DNA of 64,000 nt from an uncultured delta proteobacterium (GCA_963822965.1 CAWGJT010000012.1:96001-160000), one strand, 5' to 3'; positions 19,162-28,599 are shown, counted from the first letter of the stretch. Numbers and translations are program-made. The notes: generated from the letters alone by a model not told the origin.

Positions 19162-20512
19162 GAGCGCGACCCAAGACCAGGCCATGGGTCGGGATCGGGG
19201 AGCTTCGACGCTCGTCCGCTCCGCCGCTCTCACGCTCTGTCTCCTGGCCTTCGCGATCGGCGCTCCGCGGCCAGCCTCCGCGTCGCCCCCCACCTGGCAA
19301 TTCCTGTCCTCCGCGAACGGGGACCTCGACCCGCCGACCCTCGACGGCGTCGAGCAGACGGCCAGCCTCGTCTTCGACGTGGACGGCGACGGGGACATGG
19401 ACTTCGTGATCGGGGACCGCGACTCGACGACCTCGCCGGTCGTCTGGTATCGCAGGGATCCGGCCGGATGGACCCGCCTCGTCGTCGAGGACGGGGGCCG
19501 GCGCCGAATGGAGGCAGGGGGAGCGGCCTTCGACGTGGACGGCGACGGAGACCAGGACATCGTCTTCGGCGCGGACCGTTCGAGCAACGAGATCTGGTGG
19601 TGGGAGAATCCGAACCCGGACTTCGGCGCCGCCTGGACCCGGCGCACGATCAAGCAGTCGGGCGGCACCAAGCACCACGACTGCATCTTCGGCGACTTCG
19701 ACGGCGACGGCGCCGCGGAGCTGGTGTACTGGACCCAGGCGCCTCCCCAAGCGGGCCTCTTCATCGCCGAGATTCCCGCCGACCCGAAGAACACCCCGGA
19801 TTGGCCCGCGACGGAGATCTTCAGCGGCACCACGGAATATGCCGAGGGCCTCGCGAAGGGGGACATCGACGGGGACGGCGTGCTCGACTTCACCGGCGCG
19901 GGATACTGGTTCCGGCACGAGGGCGGCGGGACGTACGGCGCGAACCTCGTCGCCGCCGATCGGGAGTACACCCGCTCGGCCATCGGACAGCTCGTGCCCG
20001 GCGGTCGGCCCGAGGTGGTGATCTCCGGCGGCGACGCGAACGGCCCCCTCGAGTGGTATCAGTGGGACGGTGCCCAGTGGGTCCGCAACACGATCTTCCC
20101 GACCACGTTCCGCGTCCACTCGCTCGCCCTCGCCGACCTCGACGAAGACGGCCACCTCGACGTCTTTGCGGCGGAGATGCGCCTCCAGGACACGAATCCC
20201 CTCGCGAAGGTGTGGGCGCTCTACGGCGACGGCGCCGGCGGATTCACCGCGACGGAGATCGACACCGGAATCGACAATCACGAATCCAAGCTCGCCGACC
20301 TGGACGGAGACGGGGATCTCGACATCCTCGGCAAGCCCTACGACCACGGGACGCCGGGCGTCAACATCTGGCTCCAGGAGGGAAGCGGTGCGGCTCCCGT
20401 CCCGGCGCTGGACGGACGCGGCCCGCAGCTGCTGGTGGCGCTGCTCTGCGCGACCGCGCTCGCTGCGATGCGGCGCACACGGCGGGCGCACTCCGCAGTG
20501 CGGGCGCTCTGA
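19154..20512 (+). CDS. Single FG-GAP/VCBS beta-propeller surface protein with VPAL-CTERM-like anchor
   Basis: Signal peptide, DVDGDGDxD repeats, WWWENP, GKPYDHGTPG; ends VPALDGRGPQLLVALLCATALAAMRRTRR; start could be GTG 19154 or ATG 19184. Confidence 0.88.
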   Translation: MPRSATQDQAMGRDRGASTLVRSAALTLCLLAFAIGAPRPASASPPTWQFLSSANGDLDPPTLDGVEQTASLVFDVDGDGDMDFVIGDRDSTTSPVVWYRRDPAGWTRLVVEDGGRRRMEAGGAAFDVDGDGDQDIVFGADRSSNEIWWWENPNPDFGAAWTRRTIKQSGGTKHHDCIFGDFDGDGAAELVYWTQAPPQAGLFIAEIPADPKNTPDWPATEIFSGTTEYAEGLAKGDIDGDGVLDFTGAGYWFRHEGGGTYGANLVAADREYTRSAIGQLVPGGRPEVVISGGDANGPLEWYQWDGAQWVRNTIFPTTFRVHSLALADLDEDGHLDVFAAEMRLQDTNPLAKVWALYGDGAGGFTATEIDTGIDNHESKLADLDGDGDLDILGKPYDHGTPGVNIWLQEGSGAAPVPALDGRGPQLLVALLCATALAAMRRTRRAHSAVRAL

Positions 20513-20527
20513 CCCCGCCCCGGACGC

Positions 20528-21706
20528 TCACGGGCAGTTCGGGGTGCCGTTGCAGGAATTGCTGAAGAGGTTGACTCCGCCGGTCACCGTGCCTCCCGTA
20601 TTGCCGGTGATGACGTTGTTGCGATAGACGGCGTCGGAGGCGACGAGTCGCACCCCGAAGCCCACGTTCTGAGTGGCGGCATTCCTCTGGACCAGCGCAC
20701 CGGCGCCCGCCTCGATGCCGTCGCCCGTGTTGAACGAGCTGCTGTTGTCGAGGATCGAGGCGGCGTCGCCGGCGAGGATCCCGTCGGCGCCGTTGCTGGA
20801 CACGACATTGCCGGAGATCGAGGCCGCCGCGCCGGCGTGGATGCCTTCGAGCGTGTTCTCCCGGCTCGAATTTCCGGCGATCGTCGACTGACCGCTCTCG
20901 AGGATTCCGGCACCGCCGTTCGAGTAGACGGCGTTTCCCCGGATGACGCAGCCGAGCGCGCAGCTCACGCCGGGACCCTGGCTGCCCGTCACCGAGTTGT
21001 CCGAGACCACCGTTCCGTCTCCCGCCGTGATGCCGACGCCGGCGCTCGCTCCCGAGATGGTGTTGCCGGAGACGAGGCTGTTGCTCCCGGCCTGGATCCC
21101 ACCGCCCGGATTGCCCGTGACGACGTTGCCGGAGACGGTGGACGACGCGCCGGCCACGATTCCGCTGGTGAAGGCGCTGCCGGTGTTGTCGGAGACGTTG
21201 TTGCCGTGAAGCTTGCCTCGCTCTCCGGTCTCGAGGCCTCCGCCCGCGTTCGAATCGATCCCCATGTCGTCGACACGAACCTGGGAGGCGCCGGCCAACG
21301 CGATGGCCAGGCTTCGGAAGCCGCGGATCGTGCCGTTCCGGAACGTACTCCGGATCGCGTCGGCGCCGTCGGTACCCGTGCCCGTCACGCCGCTGCCGCT
21401 GCCGGAGCCGGTGGCAGGGCCCGAGAGCGCGAAGCCGTTGAAGTCCACCGTGACGCCCGCGGCGGTGACGACGAGCCCGTCCAGGTTCGGGTCGCTCACC
21501 GTCAGGTTGCCGGTGAGTCGATAGCTTCCCTCCGCCGAGATCGTGATGGGGAAGCCCGCAGCGTCGCCCGCGAAGCACCCCGTCTGTGTCGCACAGCTCT
21601 GGCTGATCTCGAGAACGCCGTCGACGGCTCCGGCGGGAGCAGCGGCGGAAAGGAGGACGAGCCCGATAAGGGACAGAACGGAGCGCCAGATCCGGGTGTG
21701 TCGCAT
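20528..21706 (-). CDS. Secreted right-handed parallel beta-helix protein (paralog of 8910-9776)
   Basis: Signal peptide; VDGVLEISQ...GDAAGFPITI...GSYRLTGNL, VDFNGFALSGP; about 10 repeats of ~22 aa GI.AG..S.VSGN.V..N; ends NSCNGTPNCP. Confidence 0.9.
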   Translation of the reverse strand: MRHTRIWRSVLSLIGLVLLSAAAPAGAVDGVLEISQSCATQTGCFAGDAAGFPITISAEGSYRLTGNLTVSDPNLDGLVVTAAGVTVDFNGFALSGPATGSGSGSGVTGTGTDGADAIRSTFRNGTIRGFRSLAIALAGASQVRVDDMGIDSNAGGGLETGERGKLHGNNVSDNTGSAFTSGIVAGASSTVSGNVVTGNPGGGIQAGSNSLVSGNTISGASAGVGITAGDGTVVSDNSVTGSQGPGVSCALGCVIRGNAVYSNGGAGILESGQSTIAGNSSRENTLEGIHAGAAASISGNVVSSNGADGILAGDAASILDNSSSFNTGDGIEAGAGALVQRNAATQNVGFGVRLVASDAVYRNNVITGNTGGTVTGGVNLFSNSCNGTPNCP

Positions 21707-21859
21707 CGGTCCCTAGGATAGCCACTTCGAGCGGCCGCCCACGTCCCGTTTCGGCCGCCTTCTGCCGGCCGATTGCGCACGAGATGCGTCCTCGTGACGC
21801 GTCGACAGGCTCCTGCTGAATCGAACGATCGACGCGGAGGGTCGGGTATCCTCCCGGCA

Positions 21860-24217
21860 GTGCACTGCATCCGACGAATCCGCATCCCCGTCTTCCCCCG
21901 AACGACCTCTCGCTCCCTGCTGCTCTTCGCCGTAACCCTCGGTGTCCTGCTGACGAGCGAGCCCGCGAGCGCCGTCTTCCAGCGCGAGACCATCGACACC
22001 CAGGTGGGCGCGTGGGGGAAGGCCTTCCTCGACGTCGACGGCGACGGTCTGCAAGACCTGCTGGTCGGCGGGGGCGAGCTGAACGGCTTCGTCTACTGGT
22101 ACCGCGCTCCCGGGTGGCAGCGCTTCGAGATCGGTTCGTCGGGCGGCGGTGACGACCTCACCTGCGCCGACATGAACGGCGACGGCGTGAAGGACGTGGT
22201 CGTCACGGGCAACCCCATCACCTGGTACGAGAACCCGCGTGGCAGCGGCGGAGACCCCACCTCCGGCTGGACGCCCCATCTCATCGAGAGCAACGCTATC
22301 GCCCACGATGGGCTGACCCACGACTTCGACGGCGACGGACGGCTGGACGTCTCGGTGCGCAGCGAACGCGGGACGACGCGGATCTACTTCCAGGAGTCCG
22401 ACGGATCCTTCACGCCGGTCGTGCTGGAGCAGTCCCTCGAGGCGGCCGGCGGGCACTGGCAGGAAGACGTCGACGGCGACGGCAAGCTCGACATCGTCGG
22501 CCCGGGCTACTGGCTGCGCCACCCGGTGAACCCGCGGAACGGCGCCGACTGGACGCGCTACCCGATTGCGACGTGGCCGGACGGCGGCGCCGTCGGCAGC
22601 GGCGATTTCGACCACGACGGCAACGTCGACATCGTGCTCGCACCGTCGGAGACCGGACCCGGCACGATCACGTGGTTCGAGGCGCCCGACGACCCGCTGA
22701 CCGGAGCCTGGGTCGCACACCCGATCCTGGCGGCGGAGGACGTGCACCGGATCCGGGTCGTGGACTTCGACCAGGACGGCGAGCTCGACATCGCGTTCGC
22801 CGAGATGCACCAATCGCCGCTCGACCGGGTCGGGGTGCTCCACAACGACGGCGACGGAACGGGCTTCAGCCTCGAGCTGCTCTCGACCCAGGCTTCGCAC
22901 AACATCGCCGTGGCCGACGCGGACGCCGACGGCGACCTCGACATCCTGGGCTCCAACTGGGACATCGCGGCCTCCCCCGACGGCGCGCGGCTCAACCTGT
23001 GGCGCAACCAGCGTGACTTCGCCGGCAAGGCGATGCTCGACGAGTGGACGCCGATGGTGATCGCCAGCGACAAGCCCGATCAGGTCTTCGGGCTCGCCTT
23101 CGGCGACGTGGACGGTGACGGCGCGCGCGACGTGGCGACCGGCCGCACGTGGTATGCGAACCCGGGATCGCTGCCGGCGAACGACTGGATCGAGACCGAC
23201 CTCGGCGCCGGCTTCGACGCCATGCTCGTGATCGACGTCGACCTCGACGGGCAGCTCGACGTGATCGCTCAGGGCACCCCGAACGGGGGCCAGGTGCCCA
23301 TCGTGTGGCTCCAGCCCGACGACCCCACCGGAGCGTCCTTCACCCCGATCACGGTCGGGCAGATCCCCGCGGATCCCGGCGACGGGCAGAGTCAGGGCTA
23401 CGCGGTGGCCTCCCTGCTCGGTCCCGACAGCCGGGACCTGGTGTTCAGCACGGTCGGGATCCACGCCCTGACGATTCCCGCGAACCCCGCGACGGACACC
23501 TGGCCCGTCACCACGGTGGCGCCGGACGCGCGAGAAGAGGGCTTCGCGCTTGCCGACATCGATCGCGACGACGACCTGGACGTGGTCGCGCTCGTTGCGC
23601 CGGCGGGCACCACCGTCGCGTGGTGGGAGAACGAGGGAGCCGGCACGTTCACGCGGCACGACCTCGGCACGACCTCCGGCATCGAGGGCGACCGGGTCGC
23701 GGTGGCGGACATCGACTGGGACTCGAGGCTCGACGTGGTGGTGACCGAGACGAACCTGCTGGACAACGGGAACGCCGTCTACTGGTTCCGGCAGCCGGCG
23801 GTCGCGACCGACGGGGGCTGGACGCGAACGACGATCGCAGGCGACCTCGGCAGCCTCAACTCGATGGACGTGGGGGACGTCGACGGCGATGGGCGTCCGG
23901 ACGTGGTGACCGGCGAGCACCGCGGCGATCGCAGGGTCGTGGTGTGGGAGAACGTGGACGGCGGAACGACGTGGACGCCGCACACCGTCGCGACCGGAGA
24001 CGAGTCCCATCTCGGCGCCCGACTGGTGGACCTCGACGGCAACGGTGCCCGCGACATCGTGAACATCGGCTTCGACGATCCCCAGTTCGTGCGGGCCTTC
24101 ACCGTCCAGGTGATTCCCGAGCCCAGCCCGATCGTCCAGGCCTTCGCCGGCCTCGTCGGCCTCGCGCTCCTCCATTGGCACCATCGGCGTCGGAGCGCGC
24201 AGCACCCCGGGGCGTGA
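21860..24217 (+). CDS. Two-propeller FG-GAP/VCBS surface protein with PEP-CTERM anchor
   Basis: Signal peptide ending EPASA; DxDGDG loops; WYENP; ends IPEPSPIVQAFAGLVGLALLHWHHRRR; start uncertain (GTG 21860 or TTG 21773). Confidence 0.88.
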   Translation: MHCIRRIRIPVFPRTTSRSLLLFAVTLGVLLTSEPASAVFQRETIDTQVGAWGKAFLDVDGDGLQDLLVGGGELNGFVYWYRAPGWQRFEIGSSGGGDDLTCADMNGDGVKDVVVTGNPITWYENPRGSGGDPTSGWTPHLIESNAIAHDGLTHDFDGDGRLDVSVRSERGTTRIYFQESDGSFTPVVLEQSLEAAGGHWQEDVDGDGKLDIVGPGYWLRHPVNPRNGADWTRYPIATWPDGGAVGSGDFDHDGNVDIVLAPSETGPGTITWFEAPDDPLTGAWVAHPILAAEDVHRIRVVDFDQDGELDIAFAEMHQSPLDRVGVLHNDGDGTGFSLELLSTQASHNIAVADADADGDLDILGSNWDIAASPDGARLNLWRNQRDFAGKAMLDEWTPMVIASDKPDQVFGLAFGDVDGDGARDVATGRTWYANPGSLPANDWIETDLGAGFDAMLVIDVDLDGQLDVIAQGTPNGGQVPIVWLQPDDPTGASFTPITVGQIPADPGDGQSQGYAVASLLGPDSRDLVFSTVGIHALTIPANPATDTWPVTTVAPDAREEGFALADIDRDDDLDVVALVAPAGTTVAWWENEGAGTFTRHDLGTTSGIEGDRVAVADIDWDSRLDVVVTETNLLDNGNAVYWFRQPAVATDGGWTRTTIAGDLGSLNSMDVGDVDGDGRPDVVTGEHRGDRRVVVWENVDGGTTWTPHTVATGDESHLGARLVDLDGNGARDIVNIGFDDPQFVRAFTVQVIPEPSPIVQAFAGLVGLALLHWHHRRRSAQHPGA

Positions 24218-24309
24218 GGCCGGAGACGGGCGGCCGGGCGGGGCGGCTGGCAGGATTCGTGGGGTGATTGTCATTGCCGCCAGCCCCCGGCCGGCCGATG
24301 CTGTGGGCC

Positions 24310-25437
24310 ATGTCGACCCCGTCCCCGCAGCCCCACCCCCGGCGCGTCGTGCTCGTCGCGTTCCCCGACGTCCAGATCCTCGACGTGACCGGGCCCCTCG
24401 AGGTCTTCTCGAGCGCGACCCGCGAGCACCGGGAGCGAGGAATGGCCGGCGGTCCCGCCTACACGGTGGAGGTGGTGGCCCGCACGAAGGGCCCGCTCGC
24501 GACCTCGTCGGGTGTCGAGATCGTCGCCAGCCGGGCGCTGCGCGACGTGCGGGGCGGCGTCGACACGTTGATCGTGGCGGGCGGGGTCGGCACCCAGGCC
24601 GCCGTCCGGGACGCGGCGCTCGTCGACTGGATCCGCCGCACGGGCCCTCGGGCCCGACGCCTGGCGTCGGTCTGCACCGGCACCTTCCTGCTGGCGGAGG
24701 CCGGCCTGCTCGACGGGCGGCGGGCGGTCACCCACTGGCGCAGCTGCGAGCAGCTGGCGCGCCGCTATCCGCGGGTGCGCGTCGAGCCCGACCCCATCTT
24801 CATCGCCGACGGCGGCGTCTACACGTCGGCCGGGGTGTGTGCGGGCATGGATCTGGCCCTCGCCCTGGTGGAGGAGGATCTGGGCCGGGAGATCGCCCTG
24901 GCCGTCGCCCAGCGCCTGGTGGTGTTCCTGAAGCGCCCGGGCGGCCAGTCCCAGTTCAGCGCGCAGCTGCAGGCCCAGCAGGCCGAGCGCGAGCCCCTGC
25001 AGGAGCTGCAGGCCTGGATCGTCGCGAATCCCGAGGCGGACCTCTCCGTCGAAGCGCTGGCGGCACGAATCGGCATGAGCCCTCGCAACTTCGCCCGGGT
25101 CTTCACGCGCGAGATCGGCACCACGCCGGCCCGCTACGTCGAGCAGGCGCGGATCGAGGCGGCGCGTCGCCGGCTCGAGGAGTCGGACGCACCCATCGAG
25201 CGCGTGGCAGGCGAGTGCGGCTTCGGAACGGCCGAGACCATGCGGCGCGCGTTCCAGCGCAGCCTGCGGGTGTCGCCCGCCGACTATCGCGGGCGCTTTC
25301 GCAGCACGCGGGATCCGCGCGACCGGCGAGCCCCCAGGAGAGCACCCACGAAACGCGCCGGGACGAAGCGCGCCCCGACGAAGCCCACCCGAGCGAAGCG
25401 CACCGGAAAGCGCACGAGAAAGAGGAGAGCCTCATGA
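24310..25437 (+). CDS. GlxA-family transcriptional regulator (DJ-1/PfpI sensor plus AraC HTH) with basic C-terminal tail
   Basis: LDVTGPLEVF, ASVCTG.FLLAEAGLLDGRRAVTHW, TSAGV.AGMDLAL, RPGGQSQFS, MSPRNFARVF, CGFGTAETMRRAF. Confidence 0.95.
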   Translation: MSTPSPQPHPRRVVLVAFPDVQILDVTGPLEVFSSATREHRERGMAGGPAYTVEVVARTKGPLATSSGVEIVASRALRDVRGGVDTLIVAGGVGTQAAVRDAALVDWIRRTGPRARRLASVCTGTFLLAEAGLLDGRRAVTHWRSCEQLARRYPRVRVEPDPIFIADGGVYTSAGVCAGMDLALALVEEDLGREIALAVAQRLVVFLKRPGGQSQFSAQLQAQQAEREPLQELQAWIVANPEADLSVEALAARIGMSPRNFARVFTREIGTTPARYVEQARIEAARRRLEESDAPIERVAGECGFGTAETMRRAFQRSLRVSPADYRGRFRSTRDPRDRRAPRRAPTKRAGTKRAPTKPTRAKRTGKRTRKRRAS

Positions 25438-26039
25438 GCCAGAACCCCTTCACCGTCGGAATCGTCCTCTTCCCCGAAGCCGAGGAGCTCGACTGGGCCG
25501 GCCCCTACGAGGTGTTCGGCATGGCGACCAAGACCACCGAGAACGCCCGCGTCGTGACCGTCGCGCAGACGCGCGAGCCGGTGACGGGCTTCAACGGCCT
25601 GCGCGTACTGCCCGACCACGACTTCACGGACGCACCCGAGCTGGACGTCGTGCTGGTGCCCGGCGGCCAGGGCACCCGCAAGGAGGCCGAGAACCCGGTG
25701 ATGACGGACTGGCTCGCCAAGATCGCAGCGCGATGCCTGTGGGTGACGAGCGTCTGCACCGGATCGCTCGTCCTGCACGGCGCCGGGCTGACCCACGACA
25801 AGCGCATCACCACCCACTGGGGCTTCATCGAGCCCCTGCGAGAGCGGGCCCCGGAGGCGACCGTGCTCGAGAAGGTCCGCTACGTGCGCGACGGCAACCT
25901 GGTGACCGCCGCGGGGGTGTCCGCGGGCATCGACATGTCGCTCTGGCTGGTGGGTCAGATCTGGGGCGTCGAGCACGCCCGGCTGACCCAGCGCCTGATG
26001 GAGTACGACCCGGCTCCCCCCTACACCGCAGACGTGTGA
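25434..26039 (+). CDS. DJ-1/PfpI family protein (isonitrile hydratase InhA-like)
   Basis: ATGA overlap with the regulator, RBS GAGGAG; EELDWAGPYEVF, VPGG, SVCTGS nucleophile elbow, TAAGVSAGID, MEYDPAPPY. Confidence 0.92.
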   Translation: MSQNPFTVGIVLFPEAEELDWAGPYEVFGMATKTTENARVVTVAQTREPVTGFNGLRVLPDHDFTDAPELDVVLVPGGQGTRKEAENPVMTDWLAKIAARCLWVTSVCTGSLVLHGAGLTHDKRITTHWGFIEPLRERAPEATVLEKVRYVRDGNLVTAAGVSAGIDMSLWLVGQIWGVEHARLTQRLMEYDPAPPYTADV

Positions 26040-26191
26040 GCCCGCAGCGCCGTAACGCGGCACGAGCGGCCGCGCCGGACGAGACCTGCCGGCGCGCTGC
26101 GCAGCCGGGAGGGAGCGGGTGACACCGGGCTAAGGCGGGGGCGGTGAGAGGACGATGATCCGTCATCGGTTCAACCGGCTCGAGGTGCCCC

Positions 26192-26944
26192 ATGTCCGAT
26201 TCCGCCAGCGCGACCTCCCTCGACTTCGATCGAGCGGACTTCTCGAATTCCGGAGGGAGCGATGCCGCTCCCGCCTGTGCGAAGTGCGCCGGCGCGCTGC
26301 AGGGCAGCTACTACACCCTCGGCGAAGCCATGCTGTGCGAGGCCTGCCACTACCAGACCCAGGCGGCCGGCCCCCCGGGCTCGATGTTCACCCGGGCCTT
26401 CGGCGCCCTGGCCCTCGGCGTGGTCGCCGCCGTCGTCGCCGGCGCCCTGTGGATGCTCGTCACCGAGCTCACCGGCTACGAGCTCGGCATCGTCGCCATC
26501 GCGGTGGGACTCGGGGTGGGCGTCGCGGTGCGGATCGGCGCGCGCGGCGTGGGGGGCGTCGGCTACCAGCTGCTGGCGGTCCTGCTCACCTACTCGGCCA
26601 TCGTCATGACCTATGTGCCCGTGATCGTCGCGGAGCTTCGCAACAACGAGGAGATCATGGCCGGGTTCGAGACGGCAGCCGGCGAAGAGGAAGCCCTCGC
26701 GGAGCCGGCGGCGGCCGGAGACGGCGGCCGGGCGTCGCTCGATCCGGAAGCGATCACGGCCACCCTCTACGTCCTGGCGGTGCCCCTGGCCTTCGCGGCG
26801 CCCTTCCTGATGGGGCTCGGCAACGCCATCGGGATCCTGATCATCGGCTTCGCGCTCTGGGAAGCGTGGAAGATCAACCGGCGCGTCGAGCTGAAGGCCC
26901 AGGGCCCGTACCGCCTCGGGGTGGACACCGCCGCCGTTGGCTGA
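26192..26944 (+). CDS. Hypothetical membrane protein with N-terminal CxxC-x16-CxxC zinc finger
   Basis: CAKC...CEAC followed by 4-5 hydrophobic helices; RBS GAGG; overlaps the S2P start. Confidence 0.75.
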   Translation: MSDSASATSLDFDRADFSNSGGSDAAPACAKCAGALQGSYYTLGEAMLCEACHYQTQAAGPPGSMFTRAFGALALGVVAAVVAGALWMLVTELTGYELGIVAIAVGLGVGVAVRIGARGVGGVGYQLLAVLLTYSAIVMTYVPVIVAELRNNEEIMAGFETAAGEEEALAEPAAAGDGGRASLDPEAITATLYVLAVPLAFAAPFLMGLGNAIGILIIGFALWEAWKINRRVELKAQGPYRLGVDTAAVG

Positions 26945-27983
26945 GGCGCAGGCGCGGAGCCGCTGTGGGTGTGGAACCGAGCTCCCGCCCCAGCGGCTGG
27001 TGTGCCCGGTCTGCCGCCGGCTCATGCACGCCGAATCCCTGAAGCGCCAGGTCGCCGAGGCCGACCGGCACGAGGCGACCGGGGACGTTCGCGCGGCTCT
27101 GGCCACGCTCCGGAGCTCGCTCGCGCTGCTGCCGGCGGACTCGCGCCAGCACGCACTGCTGTCCGAGCGGGCCACTCGCCTGAGCGACCGGATCGACTCC
27201 GGCGCGGTGCCGGCCGCGCCCCGAGCGACCGCGTCCGAGCCCGCCGAGGCCCGGTCCGGCGCGTGGAAGGTCGGGGGGGCGATCGGCGGCCTCGCGCTCC
27301 TCGGCTGGAAGCTCGAGGCGCTGGTCGTCTTTCTGCTGACGAAGGCCAAGCTCCTCGTCCTCGGGCTGGGGAAGGCGACGACCCTCTTCTCGATGCTCCT
27401 CTCCCTCGGCCTGTACTGGTCTCTCTGGGGAATCTGGTTCGCCCTGGGGCTCGTCCTCTCCATCTACGTCCACGAGATGGGACACGTGTCGGCGTTGCGG
27501 CGCTTCGGCATCCAGGCCTCGGCGCCGATGTTCCTGCCGGGGTTCGGCGCGTTGGTTCGCATGAAGCAGTACCCGCACACGCGGCGGGAGGACGCCCGCA
27601 TCGGGCTGGCCGGGCCGGTGTGGGGGCTGGGCGCCGCGCTCGCCACCCTCCTCGCGTACACCGTCGTCGGTCATCCGTTGCTCGCGGCCGTCGCGAGCGT
27701 CGGCGCCTGGATCAATCTCTTCAACCTGGTCCCGGCCTGGACCCTGGACGGCGGCCGCGGCTTCCGGGCGCTGTCGCGACCCCAGCGATGGATCGCCGTC
27801 GCTGCCATCGCCTTGGCCTGGGCCATCACCCAGGAGGGCCTTCTCGTGCTGCTGGGCATGGCGGCCGTCGTCCAGGCCTTCGCCAGGGCGGCGCCGGCGC
27901 AGGGAGACCGGCGCGCCCTGCTCAGCTATGCCGGTCTGGTGGTCGCACTGGCCGTGCTCACGACCGTTCCCGTCCCGGCGTGA
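26937..27983 (+). CDS. Site-2 protease (M50) with N-terminal zinc ribbon
   Basis: CGCG...CPVC; HEMGH; IGLAGP; NLFNLVPAWTLDGGR. Confidence 0.9.
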   Translation: MAEAQARSRCGCGTELPPQRLVCPVCRRLMHAESLKRQVAEADRHEATGDVRAALATLRSSLALLPADSRQHALLSERATRLSDRIDSGAVPAAPRATASEPAEARSGAWKVGGAIGGLALLGWKLEALVVFLLTKAKLLVLGLGKATTLFSMLLSLGLYWSLWGIWFALGLVLSIYVHEMGHVSALRRFGIQASAPMFLPGFGALVRMKQYPHTRREDARIGLAGPVWGLGAALATLLAYTVVGHPLLAAVASVGAWINLFNLVPAWTLDGGRGFRALSRPQRWIAVAAIALAWAITQEGLLVLLGMAAVVQAFARAAPAQGDRRALLSYAGLVVALAVLTTVPVPA

Positions 27984-28029
27984 AGCCGGCGCCGGCGCCA
28001 GGGCGTCGTGGAGCCGCTCGCGGCGTCCC

Positions 28030-28599
28030 CTACTCGAAGGCGGCCCGCAGCTCGTCGAGGACCCGCTGCTCGTCCTCGGAGATGTTGTCCAGGGCGAGGA
28101 AGCCGCCGCTGGCGTCGGCGACGGCCCGAGCCCGGGCGAGCAGCTCGCGGGCGAACACCGTGCGCCAGTCGGGCTCGACGCGGCGGGACAGCTCGGAGAC
28201 GAGGGCCCGCCAGGCATCCTGCAGCACTGCGTCCGGGCGTTGCTCGAGCCAGCCGCGCAGCAGCTCGAGGCTCACGCTTCCCGGGGCCACGCCGCACTCC
28301 TCCGCGCCCCGCAGCACCGCCTCCCGCTCGTGTCGATCCACCTTGCCGTCCGCCCAGGCCACCGCCACCAGGGGATAGAGGGTGAGGGCGGCCAGGGTCT
28401 CGCTCCGCACGCCGAGCAGCACGAGCTTCTCGAGGACCGCCACGTCCTCGATTCCCGAGATCCCGGCCAGCGCCTCCATCTGCAGGGTTCGCGTGTGCTC
28501 GACCTCGCGCAGCCGCCGGCGCAGGGCTTCGCGGTCGCCCCGGAAGAAGGAGTCCTCGAGATCGCCGTGGCGCGAGGAGCGGTCGTCGTCGGGTGCCAT
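28030..28599 (-). CDS. Hypothetical TerB-like helical protein
   Basis: LEDSFF, PLVAVAWADGKVDRHERE, A..VA.ASGGFL...IS..E..VL..L. Confidence 0.7.
   Translation of the reverse strand: MAPDDDRSSRHGDLEDSFFRGDREALRRRLREVEHTRTLQMEALAGISGIEDVAVLEKLVLLGVRSETLAALTLYPLVAVAWADGKVDRHEREAVLRGAEECGVAPGSVSLELLRGWLEQRPDAVLQDAWRALVSELSRRVEPDWRTVFARELLARARAVADASGGFLALDNISEDEQRVLDELRAAFE

Noticed and set aside
8186..24300. Integrative element or prophage at tRNA-Phe
   Set aside because: No integrase, transposase or phage genes and no duplicated tRNA 3' end found by eye; reported only as an accessory region
24264..25433. 591-aa ORF suggesting a long DJ-1 fusion
   Set aside because: The upstream part is an off-frame shadow of the GlxA gene; the real DJ-1 start is ATG 25434 with an RBS
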